This document shows, in pieces, positions 26,501 to 40,682 of a DNA stretch of 64,000 nucleotides. The notes under the pieces were generated by a model. The model saw nothing but the letters and a program-made list of their open reading frames with translations, made no database searches and was not told where the DNA came from. Numbering within the stretch: position 1 is the first letter of the stretch; every line of letters starts with the position of its first letter. The position numbers were made by a program, and so were the translations under genes. This DNA is from Microbotryum violaceum (taxonomy: Eukaryota), in NCBI GenBank assembly GCA_001244265.2, contig CDLV01000014.1, forward strand, positions 558,001-622,000, written 5' to 3'.

Positions 26501-28971
26501 CGACTCGCTGTTTTGTAACCGTTTTTGCGATGCCTTTGGAATTGCGCCCTTCGAACTGTCGAGCGAGCAGGTTGCCGAGCCAGCGCTCGAGGAGGGGTAC
26601 AATGCCGCGAAGGAAAAAGAGCCACACGCGCCATCCGGGAGCCCAGAAGCCTACGCCGGGGCCTTTGCCAACAGGGCCGGTGTTAAACCGAGTGTAGATG
26701 ACGTGTTTGAGATCCTTGCACATGCGAACCTGGCGCATCAACTTGTACTTGTAACGGTACATGCCCGTCAGCTGACCAACATGCGCAAATGTAAACTGCA
26801 GTCCATCAGCAAGCTGGAACGCATCCACGTTGCCGAGTCGGTATTGCACGTGAGAGTCCACGATCAGCTTGGTCAGGCGCAGAATCTCGCGACAAAGGTG
26901 GAACGCGTTTCCAAATCGAGACTTTTTGCGCTCCTTCGTCGTGAGCGTCTTGACCGGCTTCAGATTCATGTTGTAGTCCAGGTGGAGATAATTGAGGTTC
27001 TTGCGATGAATGAGGAGGTTCAGCATGTTGTACCCTTGGCGGCACACTTGAAGTCCGGCTTCGACCCAATCGATCGTTGTGGTCTGGAAGAACTTGGTTG
27101 CTTTCAGTTGGCGGAAAAGGTACTTCTTGGTAGCGGGCTTGGAATTGCGACGGTGGAGCGCGTTGAGGACGTAACACTTGAGCAATTTTTGGTACGACAC
27201 GCGGACCTTGACGGGTTGGCCGGGTGGGCAATGCTCGAGGTACCAATTCTTGACAAGGGGTACATCTTGGGCGCGAACGGTCCGACCGCTGCGTTGGTTG
27301 TACGGATGAGGCGCCCACCACAGCCCAATCGCATCGGCCGTTCGCTCCGTCTCAATCTCGCATTCGCCGAGGAAGGGCTCGATGAAATGCGGGAGCTCCA
27401 ACTCGGCATCACCACGACCGTCGCTTTCGCCGTCGCTATCACCAAAGACAGCCTGCTCCGGAGTGATATTTTCGTTGCGAGGCGCCAGCCCACGCGTCGA
27501 CATGGGGTGAATCATCGGGTCGTAGAAGAAAGCCGGTAAATCGGGGTCCTCCGTGCGAATGTAGAGATTGTGGGTCTCGTGGTAGACAGGGATGTGAACG
27601 GCACGGGGCAACGAATTGTAAAGGTGCGGGAACGCGACTTTGTACTCGGTGCGAATCTGTTGCCTGATAACGACTTTGTTGATGTCATTAAACTCGTTCC
27701 AGTCGTCGTCGAAGTTGTCCGTGTCGCGGTACAACGGCTCGAAGCGCGGGCCGCCCGGGATCGCCACATTCAACGCCTTTGCCGTGAAGAACGACTTGGG
27801 CTCGAACAAGTAGAAGTAATTGCGATCGTTGAAATCGCTCAGTAGGTTCCTACCCAGGCGGTACAGGACCGCCATCTGGGGAAGATCCAAGTTCCACACC
27901 TTGTAGGAGCTCCCGTTGATGTGGGGCGAGTCCAGCAGCGGTTTTGAATCGTAGAACCAGTCGATGACAGGCCCGTCCTCGTCGTCGTTGAGGTCGAGCT
28001 GAATGGCTTCTAGTGGCTCGGTGTCGAGCACGTTGTCGCCGTAGTCCAAGGGAGGTTCTTCGTCGTCAAACGGTGGGAATCGCATGCGTTTGAAGTGGCG
28101 GCGATCGCGCTTTTCGCGACGCATGGCAAGCCACATGGACGCCCACTGCGCATGGTACACAGGCGGGATCACGGTCGGAATCTCGTTGACGAAGGTGATG
28201 GCCCCCGTCACATGATACAACACTTTGACTTCGCGAACTTGCTCCCAGGGCATGGGCATGCTGTTGGCGATGAAAGGACCATCGCTTGGTATCAGTCCAT
28301 GCGACAAGAGTGATAGAGGCCCCACAGCAACGACCAAATGGGCACTCACTTTTCCAGAAGTTTCAGTACAGCATGCGGAACATACTGTGGGTCGCCCGCC
28401 GCGCAAGCGTTGGTCAGCGCGTGACTTGAGGCATCCGACACCGTTCATGCGGTGAGCTTACTTTCAGCGCGCCAAGATGGACGCGTTTGTCGGATCGAAA
28501 CTTGCGATTGCTGTTTCGAGAAGATGGACGATCGACGTGTACGATCACGAGAGTCAGCCTTGCACGCCACGCCCGTACCCAGAGGTGGTGGCCTGGCCTG
28601 GCCGCCCAACTGTGATCTCCCATCGGGGTGCCATACTGACCTCATGTCACCGTGGTCCTTGATGATGCGTCGCAATGCCTCTGGTGGGAGCTCTTGCTTG
28701 CCTGGATCGACCTGAGTCTTCCTAGACGAGCCGTAACGACGGCTCTGCAGCGCGTTCCACTTCCTGGCCTTTGCGTCTAGCGTCTCTTGAGCCATCGCCT
28801 CGGGCTCCTGGCAGGAATAAAATTGTGGGATGTCGCGCACAAAGTGTGAGCAAGCATCGGCGAGTATTGTGGACCATCTAACCGCTCGACTGCACTCACC
28901 ACATAGTTGGGCACCTCGAGTGGCGCCATCCCTGGCGGGAATACGAACCCAGGCGGTGCGACACTGGTCAT
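20527..28971 (-). CDS. PRP8: U5 snRNP core protein Prp8, multi-exon, no intein
   Basis: Extensive conserved sequence ([69 protein letters not shown], RNaseH-like WFVDDT, C-terminal Jab1/MPN region). Confidence 0.98.
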
Positions 28972-31738
28972 CGCAGAAACAAACCTGAAGAAAGCCAATG
29001 AACAGAGCGGGATGAGCAATCGTATGTTGTCCTCAGGGTCGATAAGATGGGTATCACGCACGTTCTACTGCGGAGCACTGTGTTGGGTAAGAGGCCGCAA
29101 GTTGTAGGCGCGCGCGACCTGCATCCACCGCGCAGTGGCGCACTTGCCTAGACCTAATAGGACCTAATTAGCCCGGGCTACAGCTTAGCTGGCCCATGTC
29201 CAAAAACAGCGTTATCCGGCGGGCCCAAATGTTGAATCGGAAGGTCGATTGTTGACGTTTAGGTTTTTAAATAATGTAAGAGCCTCCAAGACTTGTCGAA
29301 ACCTGCTTCAAATAGCTTGATATGCCCTAAACTTGGCGCAATTCGGCGCTGCAGTGGTTTTCAAGCGCGGGCGAGCGGCGGAGGCCAGTCGAAAAAGCGG
29401 GCCAACGCAGAGCGCTGAGGCGCTTGATCAGGAGGACATTTATTTCGACCCCGCACCAGAAAAGCGTGTTGAAGTGCAAAATGTCAGGTTGCCGAGACCG
29501 AGACAGTTGACTTGAAATTATGCAGTACAAATCCTTCACTATCTGTAATTTGGAATGGGGTTGAAATAGCACTGTCTCCGAGCTGAAGTGAGTAGTCACC
29601 ATGATGAATGAGCGGAACTTTGAGCCACACCGGAGCACAAGATTCTCATAGATGTCCACTACATGTTTGATAGATCGCTAGAAAACTGGATGTACTATAT
29701 CTACCGGTAGATATTGTGCTTAGTAATAGCTATGAGATATCTAAGCATCTAAGATATCCAACTCAGATGGGAGATAGATAGATCAGAGCCAGAGCACGAT
29801 ACTTTGGGTAGATACCTGATATCTGTGAGACTATTTTGTCTAATGAGGAACCCCAGTGGCGGGCACATCCCGACGCTCAAGGGTTCTTTTTTTGGCATTG
29901 GAGCTGGAGTCAGTCGCGTAAGGGGATTCGTCTTACAATGCGATTACGTTAAGAAAAAAACCTGTGCCCTGCTCAGCCCAATTGGTCGTTGATTCCAGTT
30001 CAGAGAATAACGCTTCAATTACGTTGGTTTGCATGCGATAAGTGTGTCTTCGCGATCCGGGCTCAGCCGCTCAAAGGCTAGAAGTTGTAGGCTAGAATAC
30101 TTGTAGCGACAGCACCGATCAGTGGCCCCACGATAAACGCGTCGTTCGCTACATGGAAATGCAGCAGCAGGTTCACAGCCTCATCTCGAGTTAATGTCCG
30201 GCACGTACTCAGGAGTCGGCGGCCCGGATCCGGTGGCCCACTGCAACCTTTGCAAAGAAAAGGAGTTGACCTCGTAGTAGTAATCATCTTCCCTAACGAG
30301 AACGTACATTTACCTTCAAATAACTCCCACAAAATGTTGTGGTCACTCAGTAGGTAGTTCCTTTTATAAGTTAGTACTCATCCAGCTGCGACACGGTGGA
30401 TCTCGGATCTCAGGCCTACAACTATTACCCGGGCCACGTGACAATGTCGGAAGCTATGCCAGCTCAGACCCCGTGACACCTGGTGCCCGGACACTGGAGT
30501 AGTCAAGCCCCAAGTCTCGAGACAGAAGTTACCTTCGGAGTCGGTGAGTGCGCCGTAGCTTCTCTACTCGACCCCGCTAGCGAAGACTTGGCTCGCCAGA
30601 TGTGACCTTGTCGACGTGACTCGGTCAATGTCAAGAGCGCTCAGCGCTCAGCGTTATTCCCGGGCCGGGCCCGAGGGGACCGGAAAGAGACTTTGACACC
30701 TTCGAAATGGGCGCAGTGCCGCCACGAGGAGACGGAAATGGACAAACAGTTGGGTGAACGAGACAAAGCAGCCGAAAATAATTGTAGGGGAATTCCGACC
30801 GGCACTGCTCAAGACGTGTGCCCCGAGGCGCCTCACTGGCAGGCGCAACGCGGATTGTCGAGGTGGCCTCGGAAGGTAGCAGCCCGTGCATATATGCATG
30901 CGCAATCTAAGACTGGAAGCTAATAGCGCTAGCACAAGTCTTTCGCGCGGGTAGGCAGATGAATACCGAGTTCGGGCTAGGTACATTCCTATCACAGGGG
31001 TGTACCCCTACCTAGGTACCAAGTTTCAAGGTGCAATCCATGCGTAAAACTGAGACGTCGGGACCTGTCACCTGGGTGCAACTGAGGAAATTACAGGCAC
31101 CAAAGACCTACTAATCGTGAGCGAGCGCGGGTGCCCTGATTTCATTAAAAGAGTGACGCCGACAGACGCGACCCACGGCGGCGCCAGGCATCTGCAGCGA
31201 CTCACAGCCGGCCTGGCTGGGCGACGTTTTCCTTCCTCAGCAAGCTGCAGGCTCGAGGTCGCCGACAATCGTTCAGCAATAGTGGAAGCCGACACCGACC
31301 ACCAGCGTTTCTGACGTGCCTTGCAGACCACCTGGTGCTGTGTATACGCCCTTTCCTGGGAAGAATTGCTACCGTCGTCGGGGATTCTGCCCACTGCAGT
31401 GCCTCCGTACTACGCTGCCCGGCGCCCGCCATCTCGGCCAGGCCCTCGCCGCGTCTTCATCACCCTCGCGGCTGCCGCTCTTCGCTGTCGCCGTCTCGTC
31501 GCCGGATTCGAGCTCTCTTGGGTGTGCGGCAGGGAATTTCCGGACTCCTGACCGTGGTCCAGCTTTCGCACGACGGCCTCGCCGACTCTTACAGCAATAA
31601 TTGGCCTGCTGTATCCCTTGCTTCCTCTGACGTAACCCGGAGGCCCAAGTTGGGGGCTCTCAATTGGTCACCGCAGCAAGCGCCGTCGCCGTCCAGCACA
31701 CCAAGCTCCTGCTTCGCTTGAGCGTGTCGACTACGAGC

Positions 31739-34001
31739 ATGTTTCGCTGCACTGGGTATGGCGAGTGTTCCATGGTATTTACGCGGTCTGAGCATCTTGC
31801 TCGACATGTTAGGTGAGTCTGCAGCCGCACCTGGGTGTTGACTGCACGGGCTGGGCGTTACCCCCACGGCTCTGCGCGGCCTCACCAGTCGGGACCGACC
31901 CAGCCACGATCGATTCCGAGCACCGGATGAGCGGGGCCTCCGAGTCGGCCGACGCCGCCGGGACCTTGGAGATCACGCTGTAGACGGTTCGCAAGCCTGA
32001 TCTGGGGCACAAGAATAATGCCCTCGATTAGTGTCATGCTTCAAGTCTGACGATGTGAGGCTGAACCGCCGCGCTGCGCTTCGTGCTCCCCGTACAGGAA
32101 ACATACGGGTGAACGGCCGTTCAAGTGCCATTGCGGTCGTTTGTTCTCACGCTTAGACAACGTTCGGCAACACGCTACGACAGTGCATGCAGATGATGCC
32201 GAGCTCAACACCCAGATGATGAAGGAGCTCACTGCTCTGCACAACCAACTCTCCGCGTCAACCGCCCAGCGACAAGTGGCCATGGGCATGGTCGTCAAAG
32301 AAGACTCGGATGCGCTTCCCCGCAAACCCAAAGCGCCAACAGATCCCAACAAGCCCAGAGCTGTTCGAAGGACCAAGGCTAAAGTCAAGAGGGCGAGGGA
32401 GGGGGCAGCTTTAGAATCCGCTGCAACCGATGCAACCGCCGAGCCTCTTACCGAGTCGCCCCTTGCGGTGACCGCGGGCCTTGGCGGATCTGAGGGCCAG
32501 CACCCCGACAGCCCGACGCGTGATCGAGTCAGCCAGGCTGATGATGAAGAAGGCGGGAACAGCACCGAGTTTCATCATTCCGACATGGGCCAAGCCTCGC
32601 CGCCGCCGCCTCCACAGCCTCTATCCGCCGCTGCTCCCACATTGCAACAGCGCTTCATGTCTGGACCATATCCGCCGTCGAGTGGTGGTCACTACCCGCC
32701 TGCCGCGTCGTACAACTCGTACGCCTATGATCAAGGGCCCGCTACCTCCTTCGCTGGATACGGCAGCCCTTCGTCGCCTCAGAACGGCCTTGGCACTCAC
32801 CTGACTTCGGGCTCTCCTCCGTTACGCCGGCGAATCGCGCCTCCACAGCCTCCGGTCCCGGCGCCTCCTACGACTGGTACGAGCCGATTCAACACCTACA
32901 ATGCACCATATTCATATTCCCATCAACAGATCGGTCCCAGCACTTCCGCTGCATCTCATTCGTCTTCGGCACCACCCTCACCGCCAGGATCGTTGTCCGG
33001 GTCGCGCAGTGGAGTTACTTTGCCCTCGATATCCAACTTGTTGCCGTCGCCATTCGGATCCACGCGAGACGTTTCCGAGGACGTTCAGCCTCCTGGATTC
33101 AATGGCTCCGAGGAGCCATCAAATACATCGAGTCAGCACGCGGTCGAAGGACCTGGTGGTAACGCACGGACCGGCGCCGCTTACGCCGGCCGAGGTCCTC
33201 CCGTCATGGGCAGCAGCAACTATTCGTTGTCGGGCGTTGGGAACGGAACCCCCTATTCTAGCGATTCGCCGACTTTGCATAACCTCGCGGCCGGAATGAC
33301 GTCATCGGCGCAGAACCAGACAAACGCCTACGACTACCCGGAAAGTCATACTCATGTCAACTATGACACCGCGTAAGCCGCCATTGCTGTGCATGTGATG
33401 GAAGTGAGTTCTCGGACTGTTTACGCTTACCTGAGTTCGCTCCCTTTCTTTCTCAAGCCCTTATCACGATGGATCCGAAGCTGGAGTCATGCAAAGCGCA
33501 ACCTACGCTTACAACAACAGCGGGCACGCCATTTTGCCATCTCATCAATACCTCAAGCATTTGCAATCCCGGCAGGGCATCTCTTCCGGCCTCGCACATC
33601 ACCAACCCCAGCCTGCGTCATATCATCTTGCACCACCGCCGCACCACGTCTTGACATCTTACTCGGCTCCCGGAAGTGGCTCCAATTCATTCCAAGACCA
33701 CGAAGCCGGCTCGATGGGCGCTTCCGACGGGCACTATTACGGCGCTTGTACTACAAGGCTGTACAGTCCCAATTCGCGCGAGTCGAGCGAGAGGAGCTCG
33801 ATCGGATCCTGGGCTCCGCCGCCACCGTCTGTGCATCAGAACCATGGATACCAAGGGGCGAGTGGTATGCAAATGGTCGATCACCACGCCGAAGGCATGA
33901 GCGCGCCGCGCAGAGGCGTTGGCCTCGGCGGACTAGGTGCCCGGCCGGCACTTGAGGACGATAGGCAGTGGCGACGCGCAAGCGGCCCTCAGGCTCGGTA
34001 G
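31739..34001 (+). CDS. Two-finger C2H2 transcription factor, Usv1/Nsf1/Rgm1-like
   Basis: Exon 31739-31812 [24 protein letters not shown] joined over intron 31813-32097 to [31 protein letters not shown]; intron ~33373-33457 links in frame to ORF 33489-34001. Confidence 0.85.
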
Positions 34002-35060
34002 CGTCCACTCCTGCGGTTTGCTCTGCGAGCCCATAGTTAGACCCACCACATCCGCCTGCTCGGTGTTCTTAATATTCTGTTGCTATTGTCATCATTGCTG
34101 TTGTTGATTTATTCGAGAGTCAGCTCAATCGAGAAGGTTATTTGGCCGGCAATTTACTACCTCTTTATAAAAAAAAGGTCGATCCGCGACCCATGTACCT
34201 AAAATCGCTGTTTTTGACTGTGTTGCGGCCCTCTGGGCCGCGCCTATAGTGAATGTACCAGTACAGTATTACGTCTACCGCACCTGCCTGTGCTACTGGC
34301 GTCGCGACCAGAAGTCATGTACGACCCTTTCTGCATTTTCTGGACCATAAAAGTCGAGCTACAGCCCGACTACAATTTTTGCCAAACTTGGCGAGGTGCG
34401 CAACTATTGAGCAGTTTGTGTATGATTTAATGTGTAGCAAGCGCATGGGTTTGCATGACACTTTTTCTACAGAGCTCAGGCGACGTCCCGCTGTCTTTGC
34501 GGGCGGGCGCGATGCCCCGTCGATCACGTGACGTATGTTTGGCATCCCGATCCCGGTTTTAGGGGCTCAACAACATCATGAGGTTCCAGGCGCTGTTGAT
34601 ACTCCCGCGCTACTCTCTCCGATTTTCGCCTTTTCCCTCCCACTCTCATCGAATTTGCGTGACAACCGCGCCGAGTCTTTGGCGCGAGGGTAGTGCCGTA
34701 CGATATACGATAGCGTACTATCGTACCATGGGAGTACCATCGGCCTGCTCGAGCTTGCTCGAGCGCCCCCTGCTGGGCCCGCTGCTCTCCTCTCCTCTTC
34801 GTCCCGCTCCGATCAACAGAATCAGCTCCCCGCGCATAATGACAACAACTCAACAGATCTTGGTATTGCGACCCGTATAAGCGTCCGCCGTACAGCTTTG
34901 TAGAACGGACAGCGTGGTCAGCGCGATGGGCCGATGGCCGAACCGACGCTGAGCTCGCCCCACCGCCACCTCTTCCTGCGCAGAGGCAAGTGCGCAGGCC
35001 TCGAATCGAGCTCAAACGACTCAAGCCCCACGTTCCCATCCGCGACTATCTCGGCCCCAG

Positions 35061-36590
35061 ATGGCCGAGTGTGCCCACTGCAAGGCTCGACACTGGGAGT
35101 GCAAAGGACGAACCGGACACTTGAGCACGTGCTGCTCGCAGGGTAAGGTGCAGCTACCTCCTCTGCGGCTCAATCCCGAGTATCGACAGCTACTTGAAGG
35201 GTCGGATACCGGTCAGTCTCTCCAGTCTGTCGTAGGCCCACATGCTGAAGGGTTCGACCCACCTACACAGAAGCGGTTGCATTCCGCGAGAATGCCCGGT
35301 CGTACAACAACTTGAACGCGCTGTCGTTCACTTCGCTCGCTGGCTGCCCACTTTGACCAGACTCGACTAGGCACTCAAGGACCCCGCATGTTTCGGATTT
35401 TCGACGCCTTGACCATCGACTCGGCGCACTCTCGGCGCCCTGAATCCTGCCGTCAATCAGCGCCCAATCTTACCCAAAACATGGCTCATCTGCCCGGCCG
35501 AGGCCGCCAACACTCAACTTGGACCCGACGGCGCAGACAGTCGCATACAAAGACCACCTTTGACAAGCTCAATTCTACGTTGCGTACCGGCAATCTCTTT
35601 GTGAGGGAATTTGCATCGGCCAAAGCTCGCGCAGGTTAGGCCAAAGAGTGGGTCCCGCGCCTCTGCCTACCAGCTGGCGGAGACCGACGCACCCACAACC
35701 TTCCTACGTCGAGCACGGAAATGGCGATGCTTATCTGCGATTCCGACACCAACACGGGAGATCGTGGACCGCAAAACCTTATTCTCCAGGTCCACGGTGA
35801 TCAATGTCCCGATGGTCGGCCCAAGTACCAAATCGTTAGCTCGCTCCATCCGTCTGCGATGCCTCTCCGTTACCCACTACTCTTCCCCGCAGAGGAAGAT
35901 AGCTTCCACCTCAACATTCCTCTGTGCAGTTCCAAACAAGCTGGGTCATCCTTCGCCGACAAAGAGGATGAAGACGAGGAGGAAGGGGACGAAGGGAATT
36001 GTGATGGTGAACGTAAGCGCCTTCGGTCCTTTCTCGGATGTTCCATTCTGTTAAGGCGCACGCACAGACTGCACAGACTGGCATTGAACGTTTGAACACC
36101 TAGGACGAAGCTCAAATAAAGGGGATCGAGGTGGCGAGTCTCGCGTTCACAATCATTTGCGTACTACTTGCACAAACGCGACGAGTACTTCTCAATCCCG
36201 CATTGTACCCAACGTGCCTTCCTGGCGTTCGTGATGACGGATACTCCCAGGTCGAGACCGATCGACTCAACTTACCTCCAGTTGGATCAAGAAAACCTCC
36301 GCCTCACCACGGGCCAAGGCATCATCAGCTTGACCCCGGATCAAGTCAGATGTTCGGTGATTTTGGGCTCAACGTTCAAGAATAGACCGCGCGAGAACAC
36401 GCAGCGTTGCCAAATGCGATGGCGTGCGTCGTAAAATATGGGATGCCTTCGCTGTTCATCACGGTGACGTGCAACCCCGAATGGCTTAAAATCAAGGCTG
36501 CACTGGGACCGAACGACCAAGCATGCAACCGACCGGAACTCATTGCACGAGCGTTTGAAGCCTAGTTGAACCTCTGTTGAAATCATGTAG
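35061..36590 (+). mobile_element. Degenerate Helitron remnant (N-terminal Zn finger to Rep motif 1), frameshifted
   Basis: CAHCKARHW..CCSQGKVQLP, NALSFTS, HPSAMPLRYPLLFP, VILGSTFKN.PR, YGMPSLFITVTCNPEW spread over several frames with stops. Confidence 0.85.
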
Positions 36591-36818
36591 ACTGTTCGAT
36601 TCTCCTGCTATTTGAATTTCACCCACCCGTTAATTTAACGGGTTCCCACTGGTAGTGTTTAATCTCCATAACGTCGCGCAAGATCTTGCCCGGCGGGGCT
36701 CACCGGCGCTGAGACCTGTCGAACTTGACTACCTTTCACCACCTGGCTTGATCGTACAACGATCGTTGTTGGACGCATTAAACTGGTCACTGCAGCTGCA
36801 GTACCGGCCCCTGTGATC

Positions 36819-38036
36819 ATGCCTTCCCTCCCCAAAGTGGTGCCCACCAACACATTGATCTTGCTGCTACCCTCGCGGCTGTTCGACGCCGACCTCTTGC
36901 CGATGTTCGAGACACATTTTCACTCGTATGGGCGACTCGTCTCGTGGACATCTTTACGCATGCTCGGCCGTGTGCTCGTTGTCTATGAAGACGTACAGGG
37001 TGCTACACTGGCGCGTCGCGAGATGAACGGCTTCGTTTGGGAGGATGACGACGACGATCAAGCCGTCGTCGCCTGCAATCACTCAGCTACGAGTCCTCCC
37101 AAGGTCAAGCAGCCCCCGTCCATGGCCGCCGTTCTACACCCCGACACTTCCCGACCTCCCAGGTGCGTGTCTGTGCCCTTTGCGGTTGGCGGTGTATGCT
37201 CGTCGACCGGATGATCCGTCCCAGCGGGCTCGTGCTCCGGCTCGAGCCGCTGGCGCACCACTTTGGCCTCGCTTCGCACGCCGCCCCAAAGAACGTCTTG
37301 TCGCGGACCGCTGACGCGCCGGTTTTCCTTCGCCCCCTCACTCTCACTCTCACTCACACGCTCTCTTGCATCGCCACCGCCCCTCGGCCACCGTGTCGTC
37401 CGCAATGACACACAAAGGCAGCTTGAACCGCTAAGGGTGTTCTTCGGCCCCACCCTTGCGCTGCCCTTGCCCTCGCTGCACTCGACCCTGCTTTCCGTAC
37501 CCGCGCTATCTCGAAATTTTCTCATCTCGCCTCCAGGGTCGCCGCCGGTCGGATGGGAGCAAACGCTGGAAGAAGCTCCCAATCCTAATCCGCTACCTGA
37601 AGGAGGAGATATCGACCATGGCTGGGCCTCGGAACTAGCTCGTGCTCTTCGGTATATCAGCGTCGACACCGATCCTAGTCTCGAGCCTGACGCAGATCGA
37701 GTCGGCCCCGACGACGTCCTCGCTGTTACCAAGCAAGGTGGTTCCGCTTCCGGTGCCTCGACCACTCAAGTCATCGTACCTCCCCGGCTTCTCGATGTCT
37801 GCCCTTCTATCACCGTGTCAACTGCTGCCGAGAGTTCCATCCAAATGCCTGGCTCGCTCCCTGCACGCAACATCTCTGCGGTCAAGGCGACCATTGACAG
37901 CCTTTTGGAACGCAAGCGCAGTTTCGAGTCTTTATCCCGCACTCATGCTGCTTCATCACGACCAGAGTCTGTTAGCTCCTATCGGCGTACCATCTCACCC
38001 ACGGCAAGGCCCCCACTGGTAAGCCAGGAGGATTGA
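36819..38036 (+). CDS. RCN1: Calcipressin (regulator of calcineurin, RCAN/Rcn1/Cbp1 family)
   Basis: N-terminal RRM-like exon (WTSLRMLGRVLVVY), RNFLISPPGSPPVGWEQ signature and PxIxIT-like PSITVS. Confidence 0.88.
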
Positions 38037-38309
38037 AAACGAGGCGCCGCGCCACCATAATGCTCGTGAGTGTCCTTGTCACCGGCCCCAGCCTTCTCGG
38101 TCCCAGTGTCCCCCGTTTCCGACGTGATGCTTCATACTATTTATTGTCACGTACCATACGTCCTCGCTTTGCGTTCGACATTGGAATGAAGACAACGCAA
38201 TGCCTGATCTCAAATCTTGCTTCTGCGCTTTCCGAGCGACGACGTACTGACTTGACAGTCACTTGTGCTTTGACAGCCACGACTCGCCGCTAGCTTCGCA
38301 GCGGTCTCC

Positions 38310-38850
38310 AGAGTCAGTCGTGAGTTAATCCTTTTTGAGCTGTGAATGCCGTCATCGTCAATGTGATGAACCATAAACAGACCTGAACCGAGCCAGCCAT
38401 AAAGGCTGGCCTTGGCGACAAAAAGTTTATTGCCTTTTAAATCTGATCTTCGACTACCGGCTCCCCAACCTCATCAAGCTCTGCTTCCCGAATCGCCTTG
38501 ATTATTGACCGCTGACCTAGGGCCACCCGACCTGTCCCGTGATTTTGTTAGGCAGCCGCAAACAGTTTTACGATTTAAAGGTTTTCAGAGTCACTCGTGA
38601 GTTAATCCTACCTGAACCATGAATGCCGTCATCGTCAATGTGATGAACCATAAACAGACCTGAACCGAGCCAGCCATAACGGCTGGCCTTGGCGACAAAA
38701 AGTTTATTGCCTTTTGAATCTGATCTTCGACTACCCGCTCCCCAACCTCATCAACCTTCCCGAATCGCCTTGATTATTGACCGCTGACCTAGGGCCACCC
38801 GACCTGTCCCGTGATTTTGTTAGGCAGCCGCAAACAGTTTTAGGATTCAA
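38310..38850. repeat. Near-identical tandem duplication, ~277-bp unit x2
   Basis: 38310-38580 and 38587-38850 both run CAGAGTCA.TCGTGAGTTAATCC..TGAATGCCGTCATCGTCAATG..GGCAGCCGCAAACAGTTTTA with few substitutions and one small indel. Confidence 0.95.
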
Positions 38851-39285
38851 AGAGTACTCCTTTTCCTTTTTTCGGCTTGCCCACGCGCCTGCCTTACCTG
38901 CCCGCTAACCTGCTTACTGAAATAGTTATGCATGCTTGTTGTCATAGTACTCGCAACTTTTGAATTCACCTAATCCAAGTAACTGAAAAACTACAGACTC
39001 CGATTTTACTCGCTTGACTCCGGCTCGGTGCGCCACGGCTGCTCTGAACCTCGGTTAGCCGTGACCGCAGAGACCCTCTTTGAGACCGGAAGCGGGGCGT
39101 CGGGGCCCGGACCGACGGCTCGCGGCGAGTTGGCATGTCCTTTGCTGTCTTGGCCTACACGGGTTGCGGACGCGAAGCTGTGCAAATCTCGTCGCCTTTA
39201 GAATTGGTCTTGTTTTGCTTAGACTCTCGAGCGGCCTACGTACTTTTTGCACCTTGTCGGCTTTGCACGCGCTTCGACCATTAGG

Positions 39286-40478
39286 ATGTTTCGACAGCGC
39301 ATCCGGCAAACTGCACGCGTCGCCGGGCGTGGGTTTACAAGCTCGTCGTTGCAGCATCACTCGATCAAGACTTTGGGTGTGATCGGGGCTGGGCAGATGG
39401 GTCTCGGTATCGCTCTGACCGCGGCCAGAGTGGCGCGGGTGGAAGTCTTGCTCGCCGACTCGAACCGAGCCAATCTCGACAAGTCTCTTGCTTTCGCTGA
39501 ATCGCTATTACAGAAGGATGTGACTCGAGGGAAGCTAGACGCCGAGACCAGTAGTGCGATTCTGGCCAAAATCAAGCTCGTCGATGGCATAGCGGCCTTC
39601 GACAAGGTGGACATCGTGATCGAGGTGTGTGGCCGACCCCCCACTTGACAAGCAGTGTAGACCGCTTTTCATGCTGGGTGCTACTGCTGACCATCCGTCC
39701 GCTGAATGGATTGCACCTTCTTACCCCCAGGCTGTATCCGAGGATCTGTCCCTCAAGGAGAAGATTTTCGCCGAGCTAGCACAGACTACGCCGACGCACG
39801 CGATCCTGGCTTCCAACACCTCGTCAATCTCCCTCACCAAGATCGCCGCCGCAGCCGGATCGCGCGCAGCGCAGACAGTCGGCTTCCACTTTTTCAACCC
39901 GGTACCCGTAATGAAGTTGGTCGAGCTTATCCCGGCAATCCAGACCTCGCCCGAAACGCTGGCTGAAGCGCGAAGCTTTGCCGAGGCCATGGGCAAGACC
40001 GTGAGCGTGTCGAAGGATTCGCCTGGCGAGTCGAGTCGGGTGCTTCTGAACGGCCGCGTTCGCCCTGCTCAAACTAATGTTTCTTGGTTGTGGATATGCG
40101 CAGGTTTTATTTCGAACGCGCTCCTGATGCCTTACATCAACGAAGCCGTAACACTCCTCTCTAAAGGTATCGCGACTCGCGAAGATATCGACCAAGTGAT
40201 GGTCCTGGGAATGGCACACAAGATGGGGCCGCTCGTCTTGGCGGATTTCATTGGACTGGACACGTGTTTGAGCATCATGCAAGTCCTTCACACTGAGACT
40301 GGAGATTCAAAGTACAGGGTGAGTCCGATCGCAGCGAAGATCCTGCCTGGGATCCCACAACTTCGAGAGATCTGATATTGCTTCCGGTGTCGCTTGCCAG
40401 CCTTCCGTATTGTTGGGCCGCATGGTCTCCGCGGGTTACCTGGGAAAGAAAAGTGGCAAGGGTTTCTACGAGTACTGA
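39286..40478 (+). CDS. Mitochondrial 3-hydroxybutyryl/3-hydroxyacyl-CoA dehydrogenase
   Basis: GVIGAGQMGLGIA Rossmann motif, VIE|AVSE, LASNTSSISLT, GFHFFNPVPVM, KDSPG|FISN, GPLVLADFIGLDT, LGKKSGKGFYEY*. Confidence 0.93.
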
Positions 40479-40682
40479 TCGGAAGACGGGTGCGCTTGGT
40501 TCATGCCGCTTCTCTAATCTCATGAACTCCTTGTCACCTTGATGAGCCGCGTCAAACGACAAGGGGCATGAAATGCACACCAATAGAAAGGTCACGCGCA
40601 GAAGACAGAATTTTATGAAACTCTACAGAATCTATTTCCTCGGGAGGTCGGTGAACTGCATTCGGGTATGAAGGCACGGCGC

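Noticed and set aside
26397-27539. Long plus-strand ORF (380 aa) and similar antisense ORFs (953-1480, 24692-25429)
   Set aside because: Shadows of conserved genes on the opposite strand in GC-rich DNA; no recognisable motifs
29697-29714. Perfect 18-bp palindrome ATATCTACCGGTAGATAT upstream of PRP8
   Set aside because: Single occurrence in AT-richer intergenic DNA; no supporting context
2251-38850. CRISPR-like arrays among the tandem repeats
   Set aside because: Eukaryotic context; the repeats lack unique spacers and no cas genes are present
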